A stretch of DNA of 64,000 bases from an uncultured bacterium (GCA_949285455.1 CASDXP010000003.1:67210-131209), one strand, 5' to 3'. Positions 52,827-62,816 are shown, counted from the first letter of the stretch. Notes: generated by a model not told the origin, from the sequence alone. Translations and numbers: made by a program.

Positions 52827-55238
52827 TTATCTAAATTCTTTAAGAGCATTATAAGGTGCGACTCTATTGATACGACCAATGAATGTAAGCGAGACGAGCG
52901 GAGGGAAAATAAATGTAAATAAGAATGGAAGTAAGAAAGAATAAACATTCCAAGAAATAATTGTGAAGGCAATTGGATTGCGCACCAGTGCACCAACAAT
53001 TACTTGATTTAATACTGGGGTAAGAGCCATACCGCACATAACACCGATGAAAATAGAGACAAAAGTTAGCAATATAATCGTAATCAAAAAAGATGTATAA
53101 ATATGTTTGTTATCGATAGCTAAACACTTCATGATAGCTATTTCACGATATTTATCTTTAAGAATAGTAATTATCCAAAGCAGTAGAACGATTCCAGCTA
53201 TAATAAGAAACACTAAGCCAATGAGAGAAATGAAAATTCCCGTTCCGCCGGAAAAGAAATCCGAGAAAGTGTAAACAATATGCCCTGTCGTTTGAACACG
53301 CACTCCGTGACTAAACAAATAATTAATTTTATTAGGAATATTTTCAACATTAATATAAACGTTAGAGCGATAGACAGTCTGTTTTAATAGTTGATTGAAA
53401 ATATCGCTTGTAACATATATTTCTGAATAATTATCGTCGCTAACACCAACGATAGTTACTTCTTCCCAAAAGGATGATAAATCTTGATAACAAATTTCGG
53501 TGTTATTACGATTTTCTGAAAGATAAGTATCGAAATCAGGAATTTCAAAAGTTAGCCCTACAGCATCTGAAGGCGATACAGCACCTAAGTAATTAGTAAT
53601 AAAACTTTGGCTTACAACGATTTCGTTATTATTAGTAATTTCACTACCATAAATTAAATTTTGTCCGTTAAAACTAGCATATTTTTGAAATTGTGTCGCT
53701 GGAGCGTCACCAATTTTTTGTAGAGCATGTACTTCCATCACACTATTTAAATCGCATAACGAAAAATAATAGTCATATGATATAAATCCGATATATGAAG
53801 AACTATCAGGATTTATAACAGTTTCTTTTGCTTTAATAGTCTCGCTAGCGATAGGAACGTCGTGCGGAACACCAAATACATCATTTACTTCTAATGATGT
53901 TAGCCCATACTGCGATGCAGCATAACGAAGAAAATCAAAAGTTAATATTTCATTTTCTGGAATTTGATATTCTTTGCCTTCATAAATTATTGTATCGGAT
54001 TGAGCAGCAAGAAGACTTATAAAATAAGTGTTATAACCAGATCCAGGCTCTGGAGCGATCATTGTGCTATCAACATGTGGATAGTAGTTTTCCTTATCAT
54101 ATTCTGCGACTTGATGTAATTCCACGCCTTCATAACAATTTGAGTTGTTGCACTTGAAATACAAATATGAATAATGAAGTCTTTCGTCATTTATTTCTTC
54201 TTGGACGTGTAAACCAACATTATAGAAAGTAAAATTAAAAGCATTAAATATAAGTGCAAAAGCGAAAATTAAAGCGATGAAAGATGCGACTGTTCTTCCA
54301 ACCCGACTAAGAATGTTTCTTAAACTGTAATGTAGTAAAAATGAACGTTTATTATTTTGACGGTCCGAAGTAATAAAATTTGTTTTTTCAGTTTTTCTTT
54401 CTTTTAATTTGACGAGAACTTTATCTTTTGTATTTATTAAACGTTGAATTTCATCTTGATAATTACTCTTCGTCCAAGTAACTTCTGTTCCATTGATAAT
54501 TAAATGTAATTCGCCTAAAGAAAATAGTTTTTCTATGAGAGGATTAAAAGCACTTTTTCCCTCTTCTTTTAAATTGAGAATATAACTTATTCCTACTTGT
54601 TCTTTTTTAGTTAACTTGCCATCATCAATGTCATAGATTTCATCTGCGTATTGATAGGCTAGTTCTAAATCGTGGGAGACGACGATAACAAGTTTTTCTT
54701 TAGAGATACTTTTGATAAGTTCCATCACCGTGCGAGAATTATCTTTATCTAAATTACCAGTTGGTTCATCCATTAAGAATACTTCTCCGCCTTTGATATA
54801 ACTTCTTAAGATGGCAAGTCTTTGCCTTTCTCCACCTGAAAGATATTTCACTTTGGTGTTCAAAGATATTTCGCAGTTAAATTGCTCTAATAGCTTTTTA
54901 AGGACTTCTTTATCTTTTTGGTAAAGACTTAAATTTTCATAGACTGTAAGATTTTCAAATAAGTTATATTCTTGGAAGACGAAAGATATCTTACTAGAAA
55001 TAAAATTCGTTTTATTTTTGATAATTTGATCATCGAAAAGAATCTCTCCACTGGTAGGAGAATCAAGTAAACCTAAGATAGAAAGAATAGTAGATTTACC
55101 ACTTCCTGAAACACCAGTAAGAAAATAAAGTTTACTACCTTCAAAAACACAAGAGATATCTTTCAATATTTCTTTTTGCTTCTTACTTTTCTTATCTATT
55201 TCAAAAGATTTGGTAATATTTCTTAGTTCAATTTTCAT
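52827..55238 (-). CDS. ABC transporter ATPase-permease fusion (MacB/FtsX-like)
   Basis: GVSGSGKS, LSGGERQR, DEPTGNLD; one TM, large extracellular loop, then an FtsX-type three-TM C-terminus. Confidence 0.88.
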   Translation of the reverse strand: MKIELRNITKSFEIDKKSKKQKEILKDISCVFEGSKLYFLTGVSGSGKSTILSILGLLDSPTSGEILFDDQIIKNKTNFISSKISFVFQEYNLFENLTVYENLSLYQKDKEVLKKLLEQFNCEISLNTKVKYLSGGERQRLAILRSYIKGGEVFLMDEPTGNLDKDNSRTVMELIKSISKEKLVIVVSHDLELAYQYADEIYDIDDGKLTKKEQVGISYILNLKEEGKSAFNPLIEKLFSLGELHLIINGTEVTWTKSNYQDEIQRLINTKDKVLVKLKERKTEKTNFITSDRQNNKRSFLLHYSLRNILSRVGRTVASFIALIFAFALIFNAFNFTFYNVGLHVQEEINDERLHYSYLYFKCNNSNCYEGVELHQVAEYDKENYYPHVDSTMIAPEPGSGYNTYFISLLAAQSDTIIYEGKEYQIPENEILTFDFLRYAASQYGLTSLEVNDVFGVPHDVPIASETIKAKETVINPDSSSYIGFISYDYYFSLCDLNSVMEVHALQKIGDAPATQFQKYASFNGQNLIYGSEITNNNEIVVSQSFITNYLGAVSPSDAVGLTFEIPDFDTYLSENRNNTEICYQDLSSFWEEVTIVGVSDDNYSEIYVTSDIFNQLLKQTVYRSNVYINVENIPNKINYLFSHGVRVQTTGHIVYTFSDFFSGGTGIFISLIGLVFLIIAGIVLLLWIITILKDKYREIAIMKCLAIDNKHIYTSFLITIILLTFVSIFIGVMCGMALTPVLNQVIVGALVRNPIAFTIISWNVYSFLLPFLFTFIFPPLVSLTFIGRINRVAPYNALKEFR

Positions 55239-55320
55239 AGTAATAATCTAATTGTTCGTTAAGTAGTTAGAACATCAAAGCCGCTAAAAAGAAATTTAAT
55301 AATGCAACAATCTTTTTCAT
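55228..55320 (-). pseudogene. Short leaderless ORF or gene remnant upstream of the ABC fusion
   Basis: MKKIVALLNFFLAALMF* (55320-55267), continuing in frame as LLNEQLDYYYEN* overlapping the ABC start. Confidence 0.4.
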
Positions 55321-55326
55321 ATTTAC

Positions 55327-55355
55327 ATTTTATGGTTAAGCCTATTTTTAGTCAA
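55327..55355 (-). promoter_or_regulatory. SigmaA-type promoter
   Basis: TTGACT-N17-TAAAAT, 6 nt before ATG 55320. Confidence 0.75.
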
Positions 55356-55517
55356 TTACATTAATACTTATTAATGCACGATGAAAAATAACAAATTGTT
55401 GTTTAAATTCTTTTTCTAGCTAAGCATAAGAACAATAGTATAATCTTTACTAGCAGCAACTTTAGTTTTTAAAAATTAAGTCCTATCCTTATAATAAAGG
55501 TGTGAGGATAAACATTT

Positions 55518-58500
55518 ATGAAACTATTCACTAAGCAAATGTTAGGCATTTTAAGCGCTGTTACTGTTGGGCTTGTTGCAGTTTTAATTGTCGGACAAAG
55601 TGGGTTTATTGCCCCTACTTCTAGTAACTTATCAACTTATACGATCACGATGAACAATGAGACGACGAATGATTGGGATTTTTTAAGCAAGAGCGAGTAC
55701 AACACAACTGAGGAAGTTTTTAGATACACAAAATTCAAATTCGAAGATGAAATTAGAGGCACGGAAAATGGTTATTCTTTGCAACTTCAAGCAAATACTG
55801 GAAAAGTATATAACACCTCTCCTATCAATGGTTTAATATCTTTAAGTGTCTCGTATGTTCCAGGCGCTAATCTTATCGCTAGTTTTGGTAATGAAAGTAA
55901 TCCGTCCACTTCTAGTTTCAATATTGTTTCTGGCAAAACTTATTCTTTAAGTGAATATGCTCAAAATACATATCTTTCTATTAAAACTGATTCTAGTTAC
56001 GCAAGAATTAGTGAAATTAAAATTACTTATTCTTGTATACCAGTTGAACAAACAACTCTTACAAGTTTAAATATTACCTCGTTACCGCATAAGACAACTT
56101 ATGTTGTTGGAAATACATTAGACACGACTGGTCTAGTTTTAAGCGCTAATTATAGTGATGGTTCAAGTAAGGTCGTGACAAATCAATGTGTTCTTGATCC
56201 TAAGAACGGTGATATTTTAAACACAGTTGGAAGACAAACTGTCACATGTACATATAGCGAAAATGGTACGAGTGTAAGCACAAACTTTACTGTCGAAGTA
56301 AGTGCTTCTACTAGCGAAGGAATTAGTGAAATTATTCTTAGCGCTAGCCCGAATAAAATTGAAGTTGGTAAAACTACTACTATCAATTTAGAAGTCGTTC
56401 CTTCTACCGCTTCAAGAAGTGTTACTTGGTCATCGAGTGATAATAATATCGCTACTGTTAGTTCCACTGGTGTAGTTACTGGAATTAGTGAAGGAATAGT
56501 TATTATCACTGCAACTTCCACACAAAATACAAATATCAAAGGTACAGTTGAAATAAAAGTGTTAGGTTCAGGTGGAGTTGAACCAGGTGTAAAAACCTAC
56601 ACTAAAGTCACTGAAACTCCTGAAGATTGGAGTGGTCAATATTTAATTGTTTATAACAGTTGGGCGTTCGATGGTTCATTAACGAAACTCGATGCAGTGA
56701 ATAACTATCAAACTATCACAATTGAAAACGACACAATTGAAGAAGAAAAAGATATTTATTTCACTATTGAAAAGTTAGATAACAATACTTATTCAATTCA
56801 ATCTGCGAGTGGTTATTATATTGGGTGCACTGGCGAAAAAGGCTTATCATCTAGTCAAACACAAAAATATGAACATACTATAAGTTTAAATAATGATACA
56901 ACAGTTGATGTTGTTACCACTAGTAATGCAACTCTACAATTCAATAATCAGAATGATCAAAATAGATTTAGATATTATACGAGTGGTCAAAAGGCTATCG
57001 AACTTTATCGTAACGGTACATCTTCTAGCGGAGGCGAAGATGAAAAAACATTATCGTTAAGCGCTAGTAAGACGACGATTAAAGTTGATGAAACTATTAC
57101 CTTAGAAGTTAAATCTAATTTCTCCACTAGTGTGACTTTTTCTTCAAGCGATGAAAATATCGCTACTGTAAGTGATGCTGGGCTTGTAAAAGGCATCAGC
57201 GTTGGCACTACAACTATTACCGCTACCTCAACTGTAGATGAGACAATTAAAGCTAATATTACAATTAAAGTTATTGACGCAAGTGAAGTTCACCCTGAAA
57301 TCATTCTTGTATCAGATTATAAAGACGCATATAACGTAGGTGAAAAATTAGATTTTACTGGAATCAAAGTTACTGGTTACTACGAAGATTTATCTGAAAT
57401 TGATGTAACTGGCCAATGTAGTTTCTCACCCGCAAGTGGAACGATATTAAATGAGGCGGGCACATTTACTATTACCTGCACTTATATTCCAATTGCTGGA
57501 ATAACTGATGAATTCAATATTACAGTCAAAGGTGAAACGCAAACGTTAACAAAACAAGATGTCAAATATAATTATCATGATTTAAAACAAAATAGTATTT
57601 ATAATACCCCTGCCATGCCTTCGACTGGTAACGGCAAAATGTTAGTGGTCCCAATTTGGTTCGCTGATTCAAGTAATTACATTAATAGTGCTGAAAAAAC
57701 TTCTGTTAAAAATGATATTGAAGAAGCTTACTTTGGTGAACCTAATACTTCTTCTTTACCGTGGCATTCAGTAAAAAGTTATTATGAAACTGAATCAAAA
57801 GGCACTCTTAGTTTAAGTGGGATGGTCACTGATTGGTATGAGACGAGTTATGAGTCCACCACTATTAGTGATGCTCAAGTGAATTTACTCGTCGAAGAAG
57901 TTGGCGATTCCTTAAAACAACAATTAGGTAGTGAATATAATAGTTACGACACAGATAAAGATGGTTATATTGATGCACTCATTCTTATCTATGCCGCACC
58001 TTATAACACGACTGATGATGATTCACCACTTTGGGCGTATTGTTTCTGGCTGCAACAAAATAATTACAACATAAATAGCCCCATCGCTAATACTTATTTC
58101 TGGGCTTCATATAGTTTCATGTATGAAAGTGGCGATAGTTATGTCGACGCTCATACTTTCATTCATGAAATGGGACACGTTTTAGGCTTAGATGATTATT
58201 ATGATTATGCATATGATTATGGTAATAATCCTGCTGGAGGATTTTCTATGCAAGATTACAATGTAGGAAGTCATGATCCATTCTCACAAATGGCTTTAGG
58301 TTGGGTCGAACCTTACGTACCCACTGATAACATCACCATCAAAATTGAAAGTTTTCAAGAATCAGGCGATGTCATCTTACTTTCACCCGAGTGGACTGGT
58401 TCACCATTCGATGAATATTTACTTTTAGAGTTATACACTCCTACTGGTTTAAATGCATATGATATAAATAATTCGGGCACTTATATTTATGGTCCGAACG

Positions 58501-58934
58501 ATATCGGAATAAGGCTTTGGCACGTTGATGCAAGATTGAGACGATATTATGAATCTAGTAATTATATATATGTCGACACATCTAATCATTACACTGATTT
58601 TGTAGAGGGAAATTATTATGGAATCGGCGCGACTAATACCACTTACGTCGCAAATCAAGGTCTAGAAGGATATTATGCAGAAGTAAGCGAAGATCGTAAC
58701 TACGATTTATTAGCCCTTATTCGTAACAGTTGTGCGAACGATGATGAGATGCAAGATAATCTAAATTCTTTAATGCTCTTCAAAGCTGGCGATAGTTTTA
58801 CGATGAGTAGTTATAGATCTCAATTTCCAAAAGGCAGCGTTCTTAATAGCGGTTCATCATTAGGCTTTAGTTTTGAAGTCTTATCGATCGATGAAGAAAA
58901 TCTAACCGCGACGATTCAAATTCAAAAACTTTAA
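55518..58934 (+). CDS. Secreted M6-family (immune inhibitor A-like) metalloprotease with bacterial Ig-like domains
   Basis: Signal/anchor, Big_3-like and Big_2-like repeats (VTWSSSD..IATVS..G.V.G), HEMGHVLGLDDYY zincin motif, downstream SMQD Met-turn-like motif. Confidence 0.88.
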   Translation: MKLFTKQMLGILSAVTVGLVAVLIVGQSGFIAPTSSNLSTYTITMNNETTNDWDFLSKSEYNTTEEVFRYTKFKFEDEIRGTENGYSLQLQANTGKVYNTSPINGLISLSVSYVPGANLIASFGNESNPSTSSFNIVSGKTYSLSEYAQNTYLSIKTDSSYARISEIKITYSCIPVEQTTLTSLNITSLPHKTTYVVGNTLDTTGLVLSANYSDGSSKVVTNQCVLDPKNGDILNTVGRQTVTCTYSENGTSVSTNFTVEVSASTSEGISEIILSASPNKIEVGKTTTINLEVVPSTASRSVTWSSSDNNIATVSSTGVVTGISEGIVIITATSTQNTNIKGTVEIKVLGSGGVEPGVKTYTKVTETPEDWSGQYLIVYNSWAFDGSLTKLDAVNNYQTITIENDTIEEEKDIYFTIEKLDNNTYSIQSASGYYIGCTGEKGLSSSQTQKYEHTISLNNDTTVDVVTTSNATLQFNNQNDQNRFRYYTSGQKAIELYRNGTSSSGGEDEKTLSLSASKTTIKVDETITLEVKSNFSTSVTFSSSDENIATVSDAGLVKGISVGTTTITATSTVDETIKANITIKVIDASEVHPEIILVSDYKDAYNVGEKLDFTGIKVTGYYEDLSEIDVTGQCSFSPASGTILNEAGTFTITCTYIPIAGITDEFNITVKGETQTLTKQDVKYNYHDLKQNSIYNTPAMPSTGNGKMLVVPIWFADSSNYINSAEKTSVKNDIEEAYFGEPNTSSLPWHSVKSYYETESKGTLSLSGMVTDWYETSYESTTISDAQVNLLVEEVGDSLKQQLGSEYNSYDTDKDGYIDALILIYAAPYNTTDDDSPLWAYCFWLQQNNYNINSPIANTYFWASYSFMYESGDSYVDAHTFIHEMGHVLGLDDYYDYAYDYGNNPAGGFSMQDYNVGSHDPFSQMALGWVEPYVPTDNITIKIESFQESGDVILLSPEWTGSPFDEYLLLELYTPTGLNAYDINNSGTYIYGPNDIGIRLWHVDARLRRYYESSNYIYVDTSNHYTDFVEGNYYGIGATNTTYVANQGLEGYYAEVSEDRNYDLLALIRNSCANDDEMQDNLNSLMLFKAGDSFTMSSYRSQFPKGSVLNSGSSLGFSFEVLSIDEENLTATIQIQKL

Positions 58935-58944
58935 AAATAAAAAA

Positions 58945-58988
58945 ACTGCACATCAAACTGAGTGTTTAAGCCACAATTTGTGTGCAGT
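58945..58988. terminator. Long inverted repeat between convergent genes
   Basis: ACTGCACATCAAA...TTTGTGTGCAGT with an A-run on the left, giving a U-tail for the minus-strand mscS. Confidence 0.6.
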
Positions 58989-58998
58989 AGAGATAATT

Positions 58999-59952
58999 CT
59001 ATTCTTTATCCACTTTGCCTTCGTGGACGACGATTTGAGGATAAGGAATGGTAATGTTATTTTGATCGAAAATAATTTTAATTTCGCGGTTAATATCACG
59101 TTGCACTTGATAACGCAATAATTCTTTACATTCAGCGATGATGCGAAGCACTACTCCGCTATCGGAAAGCGATTGGACACCGACATAGGTTGGACCATTC
59201 ACAATCGATTTATATTTATCTTTAATCTTTCCTAAATTTTCTTCTAATATTTTCTCAACTTTTTCAATGTCATGAGCGTAGCTAATTGAAACATCACATA
59301 TAGCAGTAGATAGTTTTGAAGTCATATTAATAAGTGTTCTAATATCAGAATTATTGATGACTTTAATATCGCCACCAGCATCTTCGATTTTCGTCGTACG
59401 AATACCCATCTCTTTAACCGTGCCTCTAAAACCATCGACGACAATAATATCTCCAATTTCAAAAGTGTGTTCGAAGACGATGAATATACCAGCGAAGATA
59501 TCTTCGATAAGTGGCTGCGCCCCAAGACCAACAATTAATGATAAGATACCAGCACTGGCAAGCAAGACAGTTGTGTCAATGCCGAGCGTTCCTAAGATAG
59601 CAAATATTAAGATGATCGCGCCTAAATATTTAGCAAAACTTGAAAGCAAACTCGCTAAAGCGCGACCTCTTTTAAACTTAGGACTAATAATTCTTAAAAT
59701 CAAACGTACTGCGTAAGTTATAGTTATGACAACAAAACTTAATGAGACGATGCGTACGAACATATCTAAAGCATATTCAGGCGCTGTGGTTTCAGTTGGA
59801 AATTTTACAAAAGGATTAAATACTTGATACCAATGTTCATTCTTCCAATAATACGAGCCGACGATTAAAAGTACATAAGCGGCAACAATGATAGCGGAAA
59901 CGATTGAATGAATCGTTATCACTAGCTTCTTATTTTTCTTAATTTTACCCAT
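58999..59952 (-). CDS. Small-conductance mechanosensitive channel family protein
   Basis: VGLGAQ..I.D..AG..I, F.IGD.I...G.V..MG.RTT, I.IPYPQ. Confidence 0.92.
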   Translation of the reverse strand: MGKIKKNKKLVITIHSIVSAIIVAAYVLLIVGSYYWKNEHWYQVFNPFVKFPTETTAPEYALDMFVRIVSLSFVVITITYAVRLILRIISPKFKRGRALASLLSSFAKYLGAIILIFAILGTLGIDTTVLLASAGILSLIVGLGAQPLIEDIFAGIFIVFEHTFEIGDIIVVDGFRGTVKEMGIRTTKIEDAGGDIKVINNSDIRTLINMTSKLSTAICDVSISYAHDIEKVEKILEENLGKIKDKYKSIVNGPTYVGVQSLSDSGVVLRIIAECKELLRYQVQRDINREIKIIFDQNNITIPYPQIVVHEGKVDKE

Positions 59953-59988
59953 AATTTACCATCCTTTCTTTTTTTAATTATATGTAAA

Positions 59989-61623
59989 TTAAGCAAGTGT
60001 GTTAAATGTATAAGTAAGATAGGTTAGAGTTAATCTAGAATTATCTCTTATTTTTAAAGTATAACTAGCGTTAGATACTAACCCTTCCATACGTAAAGAG
60101 ATTAAATTCGTATTAGCGATAGGTACTATTTCTAATTCTAATTCATCACTCGGTTCATCATTTAATTGTAAATATGCACCTATTTGATCGATTGATACAT
60201 CGCCTAAATCTACTTCGCAGGCAAAAGAAGTACTAGTGATTTCGACACTATTTTGCATGACGCTCATCGGGGTGCAATAACTAAATATTCTGGAAGAACC
60301 AACATCATATCCTTCTTGACTTAAATCTAAACGATAACTTGAATGTAAAATAGGTAAGGTTAAATCTAGTGTATTACTAGTGAATAAATCAGTCTTATTC
60401 AACGTTTCATCATTAAGACAAATTAAGTTCGCATCGATATCATAACCATTTGGGTTATCGATGATAAATGTTAGATTGTAGACGCCATTTATAACATCAA
60501 AATTAGAATCATCGATTGTTATCTCATAATTTGGTATAGGAAGTGTATTAAATTGATAAGTAAAGTAAGTAAATGTTGGTCTATTTAAATCAGTAATCTT
60601 AAGCAAATAATTAGTGTCTGGTAAAAGAGAATAATTTCTAAGAAAAAGCGTCGGTCCATCCGGGCCTGCTTCTAAATCGATTCTTTCACTTGGATTATTA
60701 ACTTCTTCGACGAAAGCACTTATTTGAGTTATATCAATTTCACCATATGTTAATCCCATATCGAGATAAGAAATTCCAATTTCCACTGTTCCATCGACAA
60801 TGTTCATTCCTTCATAATCGCTAAATGTGGTTTGGCCCACTAAAAAATCTTCTTGATAAAGTTCTAGACGATAAGAAGACAAAATATTAGGCAAACTAAA
60901 TTGATAAATTCCTTCTATAGATAATAAATGTTGATTTAACGTTCTATCATTTTCACAAACCAGTAACGCTTCGATATGATAACCATTAGGATTATCGATG
61001 ATAAAAGTTAGATCATATTGCCCGTTAGCCTTATCATATAAACTTGTATCGATATCAATTTCGTAAGTTGGAACATCTAAAGTAGTAAAAGAATTAATTT
61101 CTCCTAAGCTTACTTCTTCCCCATTAGAATTTAAACCTTGCAAATAATAAGTTGAATTGGGAGTTAAATTATAAAAAGAAGCAACGTATTGATTATTTAT
61201 ATCCGTCGGAAATAAATCGACAAGTTCGATGACTTGCCCTTCACCATTTTCTAATTGAATATTTATTTCTTCATAATTGATGTTAGAAAGTTCAAAGAAA
61301 CACTTGGCTTGGCTAATGCCAATAATGCTTTCATCATTTAGAAATAAAACCGAAGTTGAAACTCCAACAATAGTTCCAATCACGATACCGCCAATACCGA
61401 TAGAAATCGAAACTAAACTACCAATTGAAACAGCTTTAGAAGTTGAATCACTAGAGCTAGACGATTCTTCTTCAGCGTTAGGGATTAGCCCGTTCGTAAT
61501 TTGAATTTCGTTATACTCGCCAGTATCATGTGATGTTTCTTTATTGACGACAATATCTTCCACTACAAAATTGTTGAATTCTTCATTTGAGCCATTTGAA
61601 CTATTTTGTTTCATAGACATCAC
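59989..61623 (-). CDS. Acidic single-pass membrane protein with duplicated ~180-aa unit and FN3-like segments
   Basis: One TM; the repeats Y.LTFIIDNPNGY.I.A.L.C.ND.TLN (2x) and L.P.T.Y.L...F.TL (3x). Confidence 0.7.
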   Translation of the reverse strand: MMSMKQNSSNGSNEEFNNFVVEDIVVNKETSHDTGEYNEIQITNGLIPNAEEESSSSSDSTSKAVSIGSLVSISIGIGGIVIGTIVGVSTSVLFLNDESIIGISQAKCFFELSNINYEEINIQLENGEGQVIELVDLFPTDINNQYVASFYNLTPNSTYYLQGLNSNGEEVSLGEINSFTTLDVPTYEIDIDTSLYDKANGQYDLTFIIDNPNGYHIEALLVCENDRTLNQHLLSIEGIYQFSLPNILSSYRLELYQEDFLVGQTTFSDYEGMNIVDGTVEIGISYLDMGLTYGEIDITQISAFVEEVNNPSERIDLEAGPDGPTLFLRNYSLLPDTNYLLKITDLNRPTFTYFTYQFNTLPIPNYEITIDDSNFDVINGVYNLTFIIDNPNGYDIDANLICLNDETLNKTDLFTSNTLDLTLPILHSSYRLDLSQEGYDVGSSRIFSYCTPMSVMQNSVEITSTSFACEVDLGDVSIDQIGAYLQLNDEPSDELELEIVPIANTNLISLRMEGLVSNASYTLKIRDNSRLTLTYLTYTFNTLA

Positions 61624-61632
61624 CTAATTAAA

Positions 61633-61661
61633 TTTTTACATGCTGAAAGCGTGTTAGTCAA
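61633..61661 (-). promoter_or_regulatory. SigmaA-type promoter
   Basis: TTGACT-N17-TAAAAA with TG extension, upstream of 61623. Confidence 0.5.
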
Positions 61662-61711
61662 ATAGTATTAAACTTCATAATAAAGAAATTTAAATAATAT
61701 TAAAAAACTTC

Positions 61712-62764
61712 TTATCTTTTTATGTATTTCGCGTCTTTGTATGTTCCGATCTTATATATTTTATTTTCTTTAAGCAATTTTGCTAAGACAGCTTCAATTG
61801 TAGTCACTGAGACATCAGGGAGTAACTTTTTAATTTCTATTTTTGATATTGGAACAATGCTATCTAACACCACTGCTTCGATTCGCTCGTTCTTTTTGGC
61901 TTTTCCACTTTTAGTTTTTATAAATCTTCTATTAATTTCTTTATAGCATTGATAAAGGATTTGGAATGTAAATTCAATAAATGGATAGTAAGTATTATTT
62001 GAGTTGTGCCACTGATTTTGGCTTCTTTCTAAAGCATCGTAGTAATTCACTTTATTTTTATTAATTTGATTTTCAAAGGAGATGTATTTTCCAATATCGT
62101 AACCTTCCTTATATAAAAGTAATAATGTTAGTAGTCTAGAAACGCGACCGTTACCATCGCTGAATGGATGGATAGAAAGAAAATCCACTATTATACAAGG
62201 AATCAATAAAAGTGCAGGAATATTATAATCATCTTTATAAACTTGATAAGCTAAACACAAATCATTCATCGCTTTTTTGGTCTCATAAGCTTTAGTTGGA
62301 ACAAAAATAATACGTTTAATAGTTCCATCCAATTTTTTTTCAGCAATTACATTGTCGCTAGTTTTATACTTTCCACCTTTGTCATATCCTACGTGTCTAG
62401 AAACAAGAAGGGCATGTATCCTTTTTATCGTTTCTTCATTGAAAGAAAGATGCTCGTAATTTTCTTTTACAAACTTAATTGCGTCATGATAACCTGCAAT
62501 TTCTTCTTCGCTATGAGTATGTGGCGCACTATTGTTTTCAATGATTTCTTTAATTCTTTGTTCAGTTGTAAAAATACCCTCAATTGCATTGCTACCTTCA
62601 ACTGATTCTTTGATAGCAATCGTTTCTAATTTAGCGAAAAGCAATTTATTCAAGTCTTTTCTTGCATCCGTTTTACTTTTTAAATCAGTAATAATATTAG
62701 ATAAAGAAAAAAGATCTGAGGTGATTGTTTTATCTTTTAAAAAATCATAAGTAAATTTATGCAT
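61712..62764 (-). CDS. Fic family protein with C-terminal winged HTH
   Basis: HPFSDGNGRVSR catalytic motif, SNAIEG inhibitory motif. Start taken as ATG 62764 because ATG 62785 is only 2 nt from the -10 box. Confidence 0.92.
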   Translation of the reverse strand: MHKFTYDFLKDKTITSDLFSLSNIITDLKSKTDARKDLNKLLFAKLETIAIKESVEGSNAIEGIFTTEQRIKEIIENNSAPHTHSEEEIAGYHDAIKFVKENYEHLSFNEETIKRIHALLVSRHVGYDKGGKYKTSDNVIAEKKLDGTIKRIIFVPTKAYETKKAMNDLCLAYQVYKDDYNIPALLLIPCIIVDFLSIHPFSDGNGRVSRLLTLLLLYKEGYDIGKYISFENQINKNKVNYYDALERSQNQWHNSNNTYYPFIEFTFQILYQCYKEINRRFIKTKSGKAKKNERIEAVVLDSIVPISKIEIKKLLPDVSVTTIEAVLAKLLKENKIYKIGTYKDAKYIKR

Positions 62765-62779
62765 AACACGATTTTCTTT

Positions 62780-62816
62780 CTGCATATATTTTAACGTTTT
62801 ATATGCAGTAAATCAA
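62780..62816 (-). promoter_or_regulatory. Promoter with overlapping palindromic operator
   Basis: TTGATT-N17-TAAAAT; perfect inverted repeat CTGCATATA-N11-TATATGCAG (62780-62808) straddling the -10. Confidence 0.7.
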
